A stretch of DNA of 64,000 nt from Candidatus Poribacteria bacterium (GCA_965218095.1 OZ244587.1:1088001-1152000); one strand, 5' to 3'; shown: positions 40,279-50,283, counted from the first letter of the stretch. Program-made: numbers and translations. Notes: generated by a model from the letters alone, not told the origin.

Positions 40279-41409
40279 TTGAACTTTGGACAGATCCTTA
40301 AGCGACAGCACACAGTAAGCAATACACATCACGTTTCACCCTTCAGCTTCGGTCAGGACAAGCTGATCACGTCTCACGCATCATGTTTCGCGCATCACAT
40401 TTTACGTTTTATCATTCTAACTTTAATCGCTCTCCTCGGTTACACTGCCGCTGAAGCTGCGGAAAAGTATGCGGGCGATTTCTTGACGCTCGGCGTCGGA
40501 GCGCGACCTTTGGGGATGGGCGGCAGTTTTGCAGCTATTGCCGATGATTCCACCGCGACTTACTGGAATCCTGCCGGACTCGGCCGTTTGAGGCGTTCCG
40601 AAGTTACTTTTATGCATTCTAGCCTTGGTGATCTGGATAGCTACGATTTCGTCAACTACATTCACCCAATCGGCGAAAATGCATCCCTCGGGTTGAGTTG
40701 GCTGCGTGTCGGCATTGATGACATCCCGATCACGAGCCTACGACGTCCTGCTAACCCTGTCAGTCCAGCCAATCGCCCCGAAAAGATCGGAACCTTTAGC
40801 AGCACCGACAACGCCTTCTTCCTGTCATACGGCAGACAAGTCGGCTTGAACCTGGAATCAACGCCACTGAAATTGTTCGTTGGCGGGAATGCCAAATTAG
40901 TCTACATCACGGCGCTTAGAAACACGAATGCAATTGGCGTCGGCGGAGATGTTGGGGTTCTCTGGAGCACGAATCCTGAACAAGCTCATCGATTCTCAAT
41001 TGGCGTTGTCGCACAAGATTTTTTCAAGACAAAGCTATATTGGAACACACCGCCAGAAAACCCCGGTGAAGCAGCGAATACGGACACGATTCAACCCAAC
41101 CTGAAGATCGGTCTCTCTTACGGGCAAGACATCACGCCCCTGAACAGTCGCTTGTTATTGACAGTCGATACCGATAGCCTCTACTCCTTTGAGATGCACT
41201 ACGGCGCGGAATACGTCTTTGCCGATCTCCTGTCGTTAAGAATTGGCGTTCAGGAGCGCAAAGGCCTGAACACCATTCGCCTGATGACAGCTGGGGCTGG
41301 GCTGCGGCTCTCTTTCCTGACTGGCGCGGCTTTTTCCGTCGATTACGCTTTTTTGAGCAACGATGAACTAGGCAATAGCAATCGAATCTCTTTGATGACG
41401 AGGTTCTGA
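40279..41409 (+). CDS. PorV/PorQ (UPF0164)-family outer-membrane beta-barrel
   Basis: FLTLGVGARPLGMGGSFAAIADDSTATYWNPAGL, G.EY...LRIG, VDYAF, LGNSNRISL, C-terminal Phe. Confidence 0.88.
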   Translation: MNFGQILKRQHTVSNTHHVSPFSFGQDKLITSHASCFAHHILRFIILTLIALLGYTAAEAAEKYAGDFLTLGVGARPLGMGGSFAAIADDSTATYWNPAGLGRLRRSEVTFMHSSLGDLDSYDFVNYIHPIGENASLGLSWLRVGIDDIPITSLRRPANPVSPANRPEKIGTFSSTDNAFFLSYGRQVGLNLESTPLKLFVGGNAKLVYITALRNTNAIGVGGDVGVLWSTNPEQAHRFSIGVVAQDFFKTKLYWNTPPENPGEAANTDTIQPNLKIGLSYGQDITPLNSRLLLTVDTDSLYSFEMHYGAEYVFADLLSLRIGVQERKGLNTIRLMTAGAGLRLSFLTGAAFSVDYAFLSNDELGNSNRISLMTRF

Positions 41410-41442
41410 TGTGTGATACATGCCCCATGAACCACTACACTC

Positions 41443-42180
41443 ATGAACGCATTTGTCTACCTATTTCTTCTCCTTGTACTTTGCGTAGGAATATCCCAAT
41501 CAAGCCTCGCCAATGGAACGAGCGATAGCGATCTTTTCACCTTCGTGCGACTGAAGTACACAGGATCTGGATGGTTGGGCAACGGTTGGGATATAGATTG
41601 GCCCGCCTCCGATCGGAATTTTATCTGGCGCCTCAGACAAGCAACCAACATACCCATCGCCCTCCGCGAAAAGATCATCCCCGTCGGCTCCCCAGAACTT
41701 TTCAACTATCCCTTTGCTTACATCCTGGAAGTTGGCACACTCAAGCTAACTAACGCAGAAGCAGAAAATCTCCGCGAATATCTGTTGCGCGGTGGATTTA
41801 TCATGGTTGATGATTTTCACGGTGGACGGGAATGGCGCAATTTTTACCATCAACTCAAGAAGATCTTTCCCGACTATGAACCCGAAGATATACCGATTTC
41901 CCACCCTTTATTCCACTGTTTTTTCGACATCGATACGCTCATTCAGATCCCTGGACTCGCCTCCTTGTTCAATGGTCGCACCTACGAGCGGCCTGACGGT
42001 TACCCTGCCTACTGCCGTGGCATCTACGATGATTACGGCCGCTTAATGATAATGATCAATTTCAACACCGACCTTGGGGATGCATGGGAGCACTCAGCAC
42101 AAGAGTTCTATCCACGCAAATACTCTGACATGGCTTACCGGATGGGAATCAATGCGGTGGTCTATGCGCTGACACACTGA
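41443..42180 (+). CDS. DUF4159-domain secreted protein
   Basis: FVRLKY, W..DWP, YPFAY, LREYLLRGGF..DDF, HPLFH, DLGDAWE, GINAVVYALTH. Confidence 0.85.
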   Translation: MNAFVYLFLLLVLCVGISQSSLANGTSDSDLFTFVRLKYTGSGWLGNGWDIDWPASDRNFIWRLRQATNIPIALREKIIPVGSPELFNYPFAYILEVGTLKLTNAEAENLREYLLRGGFIMVDDFHGGREWRNFYHQLKKIFPDYEPEDIPISHPLFHCFFDIDTLIQIPGLASLFNGRTYERPDGYPAYCRGIYDDYGRLMIMINFNTDLGDAWEHSAQEFYPRKYSDMAYRMGINAVVYALTH

Positions 42181-42262
42181 ATAGGCCCGCGTGTGTTGTC
42201 AAGTAAAAAGGCGAAGTGAAGAATCTCTGTAACGTTGGTGGAGATTCTTCGTTTCACTCAGT

Positions 42263-44728
42263 ATGAAATGCCCCGCATGCGGAAATCAAATTCTATCTGG
42301 TGAAGCGTTTTGTAGTCACTGCGCAACTCCTGTCGAATCGATTGTATCGCTCACACCTGAAACTGCTCAACTCTGTCCAAGTTGCAGTGTGAACAACCCA
42401 CTTGCATCGAAACAGTGCCGTGTCTGTGGCGCGGAACTCCAACGGCTGCTTGGGGGTGGAAAACAGATCCGTGGCTATCGAATCGAGAAGGTGCTCGGCT
42501 GTGGCGGCTTCAGCGCAGTGTATCAGGCGACAAAGGCTGGGGGCGCCTATGCCATCAAAGAAATTCCAATCCGTGACGCTTCAGCGCAGCGCTTGTTCGA
42601 CTTTGAAGCGAAGATCATGGAATCTTTTTCTCACGAGAACCTGCCTGAGTTTTTCGAGCGCTTTTCCATCGCTGATATGCGGAGTGGAGTCTCTGAACAG
42701 CGCAGCTACATCGTGATGGAATTCATCGAAGGGGAAACGCTTGATGCCAAGATTCGTGTCGCCGCTGCCAATGGTGGGTTCCTCAAAGAATCAGAGGTTT
42801 TATCATGGGGCGTGAAGCTGTGCGATGTGTTGGAGGAACTTCACCAACATGCGATTGTTCACCGCGATATCAAGCCCGAAAATGTGAAAATCACCCTGGC
42901 GGGCGAACTCAAATTGATTGACTTCGGAATCGCGAAGATTTATAATCCGCTCGATCCGAAAACACGCACAAGCGCACACGGGTTTGGCAGTCAAGGATAT
43001 GCGCCGCCAGAACAATATACAGGCAGAACAGATACCCGTTCTGATGTTTATGGTTTGGGCGCGACAATGTATCACCTCCTCACAAACGAGTCCCCGGTAG
43101 ATTCCAGTATGCGTGCGGCGCAGATTCAAGAACTGGAGCCAATCCGCAAACTGAATCCGAAGATTTCCAAGACGCTTGAACAGTCAATCCTCAAGGCGAT
43201 GCCGCTGAAAGCTGACGCCCGCTATCCGTCAATGCGGGATTTCAAAGAAGCGTTGGCGGGGCATGTGAGGGGTCAACTGTTCGAGTGTCCTCGCTGCAAG
43301 GTAATGAACGATCCAGGGACGGGGGCGTGTGTCTCATGTGGGACGCAGTTTGGGAAGCTTGAAACCTTCGTGATGCGAAACGGGGAAACGATTGTCGGTA
43401 TCGAGAATTTTGCACGAACCTGCGATGCCCACTGGAGTGATGCCGTCCACCATCTGAAAAATGGTGATTTCGAGGCATGGCTGGCAGCACAAGGGCGTGG
43501 CGATCTCAAGGCGGTCATGGAACAATGCAAGCGGAAAGAGAAAGACCCCAATTTCGCGCTTGAGTTGTTCCTCCAGGAAGTGAATCTCGTCAAGGCGCGG
43601 CACAAGCCGTTTAAGTTCTCTGACGGTGTGGTGGTTCGACGTTTGGCGGACCTTGCAGATGTCTGTGATCAACACTGGACTGTCCTCAAGGAGCATTTTT
43701 ATAGCCGCGACATAGAGCGGTGGTTGCTGACATGGGCGCGCCAAGATCTCATCGATCTTCAGGCAGAGATCAAGGAACAGGTTAACGATCGAGACATCGC
43801 CCTTGAGACGTTTCTGGAGAAAGCAGGGCTCGTCAAACGCCCACGTTTAGGGGCAACGTTGGAAGAGGATTGGGGGTCGATCCCCCTGGACACCGTTGAA
43901 ACAAAAACCGTTACGCTGGAGAACCTGTCACGTGGACGACTTTTCGGAAAACTTCGTCTCCTGACAGATCTACCCGGCCTCACACTCGAACGTGAAACAT
44001 TTCAAGGGGTTCACGACCAGATTCAGATTCGACTCGACACGAGCCAGTGTAAGGCGAAGAAGCGGTATCAAGCAACCGTGCAGATCGAAAGCAACGGTGG
44101 GACAGTCGAGGCGCCGATCCGTTTTCGCGTCGAACATCCATGGACGGAACTCCTGTTGAGCGTCGGAATGTGGGCAGGCATCATCGGCCTATTGACGACT
44201 TCGCTGCGTCTCGGACTTTGCGGCATCGGTTACCGATATTTTGGATTGGTTGAAATTTCTTTCTGGCATATTAAGCAACTTGTTTTGCTTCCTATTCCGG
44301 TGTTCGCCGTCAGTGGCGTCATTTCAGCGTTACCCCTCATCGTCGCATTCAGCAAGGTTGCTCAGAAGATTCGATGGTATCTTATCATTCCACTGACCAT
44401 CATCCTATGGGCAGGGATAAGCGTCGGATTAATTTTGGGGGCTATCAATGGCTACTACGGCTTAATCTGGGTTTTGCGGCAGATCGGCATCGGGGTTGAG
44501 TGGGGGAATGCGATTTGGGAGTTGCTGCTACCCTGGGGATTTGCCGGCGTCGTAGTGGGGATGAGCGTGGGCATTTATCGAAAAGCGAAAATTTATGAAC
44601 AATGGTGGCTGCCACTGACTGCCATCATGCTTCCTATCGCCGGGCTGATTGGGTTAATGTACTTCGGACAGAGGGGATATGCACCGAAGTTGGTCGAGGT
44701 AATAATGCGAATATGTCGTGCAATGTGA
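42263..44728 (+). CDS. Membrane-anchored Hanks-type Ser/Thr kinase with zinc ribbons
   Basis: CxxC pairs; LGCGGFSAVY, AIKE, HRDIKPEN, DFG, GYAPPEQ, SDVYGLG; C-terminal TM helices. Confidence 0.92.
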   Translation: MKCPACGNQILSGEAFCSHCATPVESIVSLTPETAQLCPSCSVNNPLASKQCRVCGAELQRLLGGGKQIRGYRIEKVLGCGGFSAVYQATKAGGAYAIKEIPIRDASAQRLFDFEAKIMESFSHENLPEFFERFSIADMRSGVSEQRSYIVMEFIEGETLDAKIRVAAANGGFLKESEVLSWGVKLCDVLEELHQHAIVHRDIKPENVKITLAGELKLIDFGIAKIYNPLDPKTRTSAHGFGSQGYAPPEQYTGRTDTRSDVYGLGATMYHLLTNESPVDSSMRAAQIQELEPIRKLNPKISKTLEQSILKAMPLKADARYPSMRDFKEALAGHVRGQLFECPRCKVMNDPGTGACVSCGTQFGKLETFVMRNGETIVGIENFARTCDAHWSDAVHHLKNGDFEAWLAAQGRGDLKAVMEQCKRKEKDPNFALELFLQEVNLVKARHKPFKFSDGVVVRRLADLADVCDQHWTVLKEHFYSRDIERWLLTWARQDLIDLQAEIKEQVNDRDIALETFLEKAGLVKRPRLGATLEEDWGSIPLDTVETKTVTLENLSRGRLFGKLRLLTDLPGLTLERETFQGVHDQIQIRLDTSQCKAKKRYQATVQIESNGGTVEAPIRFRVEHPWTELLLSVGMWAGIIGLLTTSLRLGLCGIGYRYFGLVEISFWHIKQLVLLPIPVFAVSGVISALPLIVAFSKVAQKIRWYLIIPLTIILWAGISVGLILGAINGYYGLIWVLRQIGIGVEWGNAIWELLLPWGFAGVVVGMSVGIYRKAKIYEQWWLPLTAIMLPIAGLIGLMYFGQRGYAPKLVEVIMRICRAM

Positions 44729-44731
44729 CTA

Positions 44732-45567
44732 GGTTCTGTTGACATTTCAAGGGAGCCATATAAGAGTGGAGACAAAGCTGAGAAATCCAAAATAACGGAC
44801 AGCTAGCTTCTCAAACCGAGAGAAGATACGACAATACCATTTTATCTTGTTGATGAAACACTCAACCCGATGTCTCTCTTTGTATAAGCGTTTGTCATAC
44901 GTTCTTTGGTCAACACGATGACTTTTGGGCGGTATCACCGCAATCGCTCCATTCGCCTCAATAACAGCGATAAAAGCGTCCGAATCGTACCCCTTGTCTC
45001 CAATCACATATTCACTGTTATATCCGATTATCAACCCTTCCGCCTCAGTTATGTCATGTCTCTGACCGGGGGTCAGATGAATTCTTAGCGGATTGCCTAG
45101 TCCGTCAACTGTGATGTGAATTTTTGTGCTGAAACCGCCCCGAGACCGACCTAATGCTTGGTTTTCAGTGCCACCCTTTTTTTTAAGGCGCCAGCTTTTT
45201 AAGGCGCCCGCCGCAGACGGGTGAGCGCGGCAGATGGTACTGTCCACAATAAGCGACTCGATATCGAGGTCAGAGGCGAAGTGGGGGTGCATCTGTGTGA
45301 AGATACCTTTGTCGCACCATCGAGCAAACCGCTTGTAGCGGGTGTTCCATTTGCCATAGGTGTCTGGTAGAAGTCTCCATTGAGCCCCACTACGAGTCAC
45401 CCACAGAACCGCTTCGACGAAGCGGCGTGTAGCAACTTCGTCGCCAACATAGATGGTGGGACAGCTAAGAAGAAACCGGTATATCTTATTCCATTGTTCA
45501 TCGGGTAAGGTTATTGGCGTCATTCTTCTATTATGCCACAACCTTATACTCAAATGTCAACAGAACC
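44732..45567 (-). mobile_element. IS5-family element, copy 2 (orfA/orfB fused in frame)
   Basis: Same TIR and TA duplication; 836 bp; single continuous transposase ORF 44747-45553. Confidence 0.95.
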
Positions 45568-46000
45568 TAGTTCGTGTAAAGCCCGTTTTGCTTGTCCGGC
45601 ACTCGCGGGCTTTTTTATTTTTTGTATTTTACCCCAAAACGCCAATCAAAGCAATGACTATATTTACGGATTTTTCACCACTTTTTTGTTCGATTTTTGG
45701 CTTTGTTACAGTGTTCATAAAAACGTCTTCTGCTCGTATCAGAACACCATAATCTTTTGGGACCACATTGTTTTTTTATAAAGAAACCGGAGAGTCCTTG
45801 ATGTGACGGGACTCATCGATCAGTTGCAGGTTTGTGCGCTTGGTACGTGGCCGATTATCAAGAAGTGGACGACTGATTTCTTGCTTTCTCACCTGCTGCG
45901 CCGCAATGCGTCCCCATAGATTGACCACTATACTCTGGAGGTGTACATGATTCACTCGACTCTATGAAACCGATGCGCAGGGCGTCAATGGGAAATGGAC

Positions 46001-46029
46001 TTGACGAAACTGAGGTAATTGAGTAGAAT
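46001..46029 (+). promoter_or_regulatory. Sigma70-type promoter separated from its gene by an IS982-derived insertion
   Basis: TTGACG-17 bp-TAGAAT. Confidence 0.6.
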
Positions 46030-46171
46030 AACCCAAGTTGCCACCTTAGAAAGGAAATAACTTGATGGAGACAGCGAGGATAAAAAGCCGCACTTTTAAC
46101 TCAAAGCCTGCCGGTGTCACAATATATCACATTGATGTGACGATTTGTGATATTTTGTGACATTGTAATTA

Positions 46172-47094
46172 ACCCAAGTTGCTAGTAATTGAAAATCCAT
46201 GGGTTTTCCGTTAAAGTAGAGGTAATCCAAACCATAATACCTCAAAGGAGAAACCAAAGGAGAAACCCATGGACATCCAAATTGCAACCATTTTCTATCT
46301 CTGTGACAAGCGCTTAGAAGCACTCAACTCAAAACCACACCCACAAACGCAGATGTCTGATGCCGAAGTGATGACCACCGGCATCGTCGCTGCGTTGTTC
46401 TTCGGGGCAAACTTGCAAACCACTTGTGACTTTCTAAAGACTCATGGCTATATACCCAAGATGCTTTCAAAAAGTCGATTAAACCGATGTTCACCACATT
46501 GTTCAAAATCTTGGGACGAAGCTATGTGCAACTTAATCAACAGAAAATCTATGCACTGGATACCATACCAATTGCTGTTTGTTCCGCATTCGTCGGTCAA
46601 AAATCTACACCGATAAGGCATATCGAGGCTATCAAGCGTCCAAACGTCGGTATTTCTATGGCTTGAAAGTTCATCTGCTAGTGACTGCGAGTCGACACCC
46701 TGTTGAATTTTTTGTGACCCCAGCCAGTACAGGGGACGTTGAAGGGTTACAGTGGTTTGACTTCGACTTGCCACCGGGCTATGGTGACAAAGCATACAAT
46801 AATTATGAGATAGAAGATATTGTTACATCAGTCGTTAAAGCCAGTACGCAAGAAGAATTCCAAGCGGCTGTATCCACCATGGGAGACCTACTTGGCTAAT
46901 TACCATCGTAAGTCTGTTGAGACGGCTGGCAGTTTGATTAACAAACTGCTTCCACGTTCAATCCATGCAGTAACGCAACACGGATTTGAATTGAAAGTGG
47001 TCTTGTTTGTATTGGCTAGCAGTATCAATCAGCTCTGAGTTCACTCACATATTCAGTTCACTCACATATTCGATGAATAGGTCGCAACTTGGGT
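46172..47094 (+). mobile_element. IS982-family element with frameshifted transposase
   Basis: TIR ACCCAAGTTGC, 9-bp duplication TTGTAATTA; MSDAEVMT, LSKSRLNR, YFYGLKVHL, GDKAY, RKSVET, IHAVT..GF.LK spread over several frames (46269-47038). Confidence 0.9.
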
Positions 47095-47681
47095 TTGTAA
47101 TTATCAAAACCGTCTGCTAGAGGCACAGTTGCAGCAAGCGGAAAGTTTGACTGGGGTTGGCTTCTCCCCGTAGGTTGTGGGAGAGGCATCCTTGCTTCGA
47201 CGACCGCATCCGATAAAATATGTGACATTTTGTGACATCGCGATTATCAAAACCGTCTAGCGGGGGGTTAGGTGGGCTGTGGGAGAAGCATCCTTGCCTC
47301 GACGAACTTTGTCCGCATAAACATCCGCTCCCGCAGGCAAATCACACTCGAAACACAACATCCCCTGCACATCGGTAAGCAAGTTTCAAGAATAAACTTT
47401 ACATTTTGAGCGAGGTGTGGAAGGAAAAAGACGGGAAGGTTGGAAGGTTGGAAGGGATAAACTCTTCCATTCTTCCAATTCTTTAGGTGGCAACGTGGGT
47501 TTCCGAGTAACTTTCCGAGAACCTTCCCGTGCAAACCACCCAGAACTCAGTCATAGACTGGGTTCTCAACCTTTTTTGTCTCTATCAAATTCTCGCATTT
47601 ACTCTGAAAACTCTGAAACTTCCGAACATCTCTCAATAGAATTTACCATTGCCGTCGCTCTTTTTTAGATAGTTATTTCGA

Positions 47682-47733
47682 GTAGGTCGATTTTCCAAAA
47701 TCGACATTCGGGTGTCGAGATATGAATCTCGAC
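47682..47733. repeat. GTAG-type REP-like doublet
   Basis: GTAG-GTCGATTTT CC AAAATCGAC plus GTCGAGAT ATGA ATCTCGAC; related copies at 50260 and 63091. Confidence 0.7.
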
Positions 47734-47923
47734 TGGAATAGATAGCAACTTGGGTTAGAATAGGCGGAAACAGCTAGCAGGAGAATCATATAAAAGATTC
47801 ATCGTGAAGGCGTGTGAAATCACTGAGAATCTGTGATTCAGTGACCAACGGTGAGATAAGAAACACTCAACTTCGATTCGCGAAGAATTTTGGGCTCGTG
47901 GGCTCAAACACTGGAGGTAAGAA

Positions 47924-48877
47924 ATGGTAAATCTAGGTGCTGGACGCTTCATCTATGAAGTGTCCGGGGAAGACTGGGGCAACCTGCCGGAGGACTGGAC
48001 CTACAAAGAAGCCACTGCCGTGGCTGTAGACTCAGATGATAACGTCTATGTCTTCAATCGCGGTACGCACCCGATGATTGTCTTCGATCCCGACGGTAAT
48101 GTGCTTCGGACATGGGGCGATGGAATATTCGCCAATCCACACGGCGTGACCATCGGTCCTGACGGCACGGTCTACTGTGTTGACAACGGTGACCATACCG
48201 TCCGCAAGTTTACCCCTGATGGGAAGCTCCTAATGACGCTTGGCGAACCTCACCGATCTACGGCGCCGATGAGCGGTCAACCATTCAACAAGCCGACTCA
48301 TCTGGCCATTGATCCGCGCAGTGGAGACCTGTATGTGGCTGATGGCTACAGCAATGCGCGCGTACACAAGTATTCTCCAGATGGACAACTCCTGTTCTCC
48401 TGGGGAGAGTCCGGCACAGATCCAGGCCAGTTCAATATTGTCCATAACATAGCGACAGACAGAGAGGGTTGGGTATACATTGCTGACCGTGAGAACCATC
48501 GCGTACAGGTATTTGATCCGAATGGGAGGTACGAGACACAGTGGGGGAACTTATCCAGGGCGGCCTGCATTTGTCTGGACAACACGGATGAACCGTTGAT
48601 TTATGTCGGAGAGTATTTCGGCGGCATCGCCTCAAACGCAATAGGCACGCGCCTGGGCCCTCGAGTCTCTATCTTCGACGTCAAAGGAAATGTGTTAGCG
48701 CGACTGAGCGACGAGTCTTACGGAGATGAGCCGGGACGGTTTTACTCGCCCCATGGAATTGCTGTTGACTCCAAGGGGAACATCTATGTCGCTGAAGTGT
48801 CCTGGAGCGACTATGGCAGCAAGATGGATCCCCCGAGAGAGCCTCGTTCACTCCAGAAGTTGGTCAAGAAGAGTTGA
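47924..48877 (+). CDS. NHL-repeat beta-propeller (peptidyl-alpha-hydroxyglycine alpha-amidating lyase-like)
   Basis: VYVFNRG.HP, PHG, FNKPT, YVADGYSNARVH, ADRENHRVQVF. Confidence 0.9.
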   Translation: MVNLGAGRFIYEVSGEDWGNLPEDWTYKEATAVAVDSDDNVYVFNRGTHPMIVFDPDGNVLRTWGDGIFANPHGVTIGPDGTVYCVDNGDHTVRKFTPDGKLLMTLGEPHRSTAPMSGQPFNKPTHLAIDPRSGDLYVADGYSNARVHKYSPDGQLLFSWGESGTDPGQFNIVHNIATDREGWVYIADRENHRVQVFDPNGRYETQWGNLSRAACICLDNTDEPLIYVGEYFGGIASNAIGTRLGPRVSIFDVKGNVLARLSDESYGDEPGRFYSPHGIAVDSKGNIYVAEVSWSDYGSKMDPPREPRSLQKLVKKS

Positions 48878-49030
48878 AGACACGTCGGCAGAAAGATACG
48901 CCACAGCAGTCTACGACAAGTTTGCCGGATAAAGCGGATTTCCCCAACGAGACTCCAAAACATGTTACCAGCCTCCAGGTTAGAAATCGGGATGGCTGCA
49001 TGTTCTACGACGGCAAATTTCGCTGTTGTG

Positions 49031-50008
49031 TTAGAATGGAACAGGAATACCGACCAGCTTCGCGACTGAAGTCAACGCTTCCTGATGTTCCTTGCCAACT
49101 GGAATGCCAATCTCCGACCATTCTCGTTCGCGTTCCCATTCCAGGCCACCCGGCAGATCTACCCGGTCGTAACCCGGAGCCGGTTTCATCTTTCGGGCAT
49201 CGCTGATGTGTCGATCCATCTCCTGTTTGAACTCGTCAATCGGTCGGAACCGCGCAATATCAATCGCAAGAATAAAAGCCCCCTGACCAGCTCCCTCCCA
49301 AATGGTGGGTGGGTCTGGCGGCTTATCGAATAACCAAATTCCCGCCATAAAACCGCCGAGCGCATGACTCACATGACCGAACCCCAACATCTTGAAGAAG
49401 GTTCCAGGAATGCGTTCAAACGCCTGTTCCAGCGGTTCGTGAAAATCAACGCCGGTCGCCATATCGACGACGATGGGCGGTTGATTGCCGCCCGGAATAG
49501 CGAAACTCATTGGTGATGCACCCGTTGCAGTCGCAATCACGTCCTCAGGACGGTGGCGAAAACGGTGGGCTGAAACCGCGAAGCCGACGCAATCTTCTTC
49601 AAGCGCAAGCCGCGAATACTTGCCCGCGCTGCCAAAGTGGAAATGGTTGCGACTCGTTGCAGCTCCCAGTCCCATCTCTTTGGCTTTCTTGGCCGCCGCC
49701 TTTGCGGCAGAATACGTAGCGAAATGTCCCATGCCGCCGTCACCGTCGAAGACCGCTGTTGTCGGGGACTCATCGACAATACGCACGTTTGGCCGCGGAT
49801 TCACCTTGCCGTCGAGCATCATCTGCACATACCCCGGCGTTTGGCGCGTTCCGTGACTAAATACCCCGCGCAGATCGGTGAGGACAAGCAGGTTGGCGAT
49901 GTGCGCCGCATCCTGTTCTGAGGCACCCGCTTTCTGGAAAGTTCCACTGATGAAACTTCGGAGTACATCTGGCATGACACGGATAAATTCTTTGGGCGGT
50001 ACATTCAT
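49031..50008 (-). CDS. Ldh2-family (malate/L-lactate/ureidoglycolate) oxidoreductase
   Basis: DLRGVFSHG, DGDGGMGH, HFG, VDMAT, LPG..E. Confidence 0.88.
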   Translation of the reverse strand: MNVPPKEFIRVMPDVLRSFISGTFQKAGASEQDAAHIANLLVLTDLRGVFSHGTRQTPGYVQMMLDGKVNPRPNVRIVDESPTTAVFDGDGGMGHFATYSAAKAAAKKAKEMGLGAATSRNHFHFGSAGKYSRLALEEDCVGFAVSAHRFRHRPEDVIATATGASPMSFAIPGGNQPPIVVDMATGVDFHEPLEQAFERIPGTFFKMLGFGHVSHALGGFMAGIWLFDKPPDPPTIWEGAGQGAFILAIDIARFRPIDEFKQEMDRHISDARKMKPAPGYDRVDLPGGLEWEREREWSEIGIPVGKEHQEALTSVAKLVGIPVPF

Positions 50009-50259
50009 AACTTTTCTCCGTTGTTTGTTAGTTGGCTAACTTTCGGAAGGTTACAGCACTGCTTTGTAACCATTTCGACCCTGAAATGTCGTCATTATTT
50101 CGATCACACCCTCTGAAAATGAACCCCGATCCTTGATCGGGGTTTCGTCGGACTTCTCACACATGCTCTTAGATTTGGCGTTGTATTATAACACCTGATT
50201 TCAGATTGATCAATGGGATTGTGAAACCTCTGCTTACGATGCATTGATCATTATTGATT

Positions 50260-50283
50260 GCAGGTCGATTTTCTAAAATCGAC
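50260..50283. repeat. Single REP-like palindrome
   Basis: GCAGGTCGATTTTCTAAAATCGAC, two mismatches to the 47682 copy. Confidence 0.6.

Larger units (their letters stand above)
46031..47755. mobile_element. Outer IS982-derived composite/non-autonomous element
   Basis: Ends ACCCAAGTTGC / GCAACTTGGGT with 7-bp duplication TAGAATA (46024-46030, 47756-47762); extra internal end AGGTGGCAACGTGGGT at 47485-47500. Confidence 0.75.

Noticed and set aside
45570-45800. CRISPR leader or ncRNA in an AT-rich stretch
   Set aside because: No repeats follow; the only structure is AAAGCCCG/CGGGCTTT plus a T-run, best read as the kinase terminator displaced by IS5
47038-47071. 17-bp direct duplication AGTTCACTCACATATTC x2
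   Set aside because: Simple local slippage inside the decayed IS982; no further units
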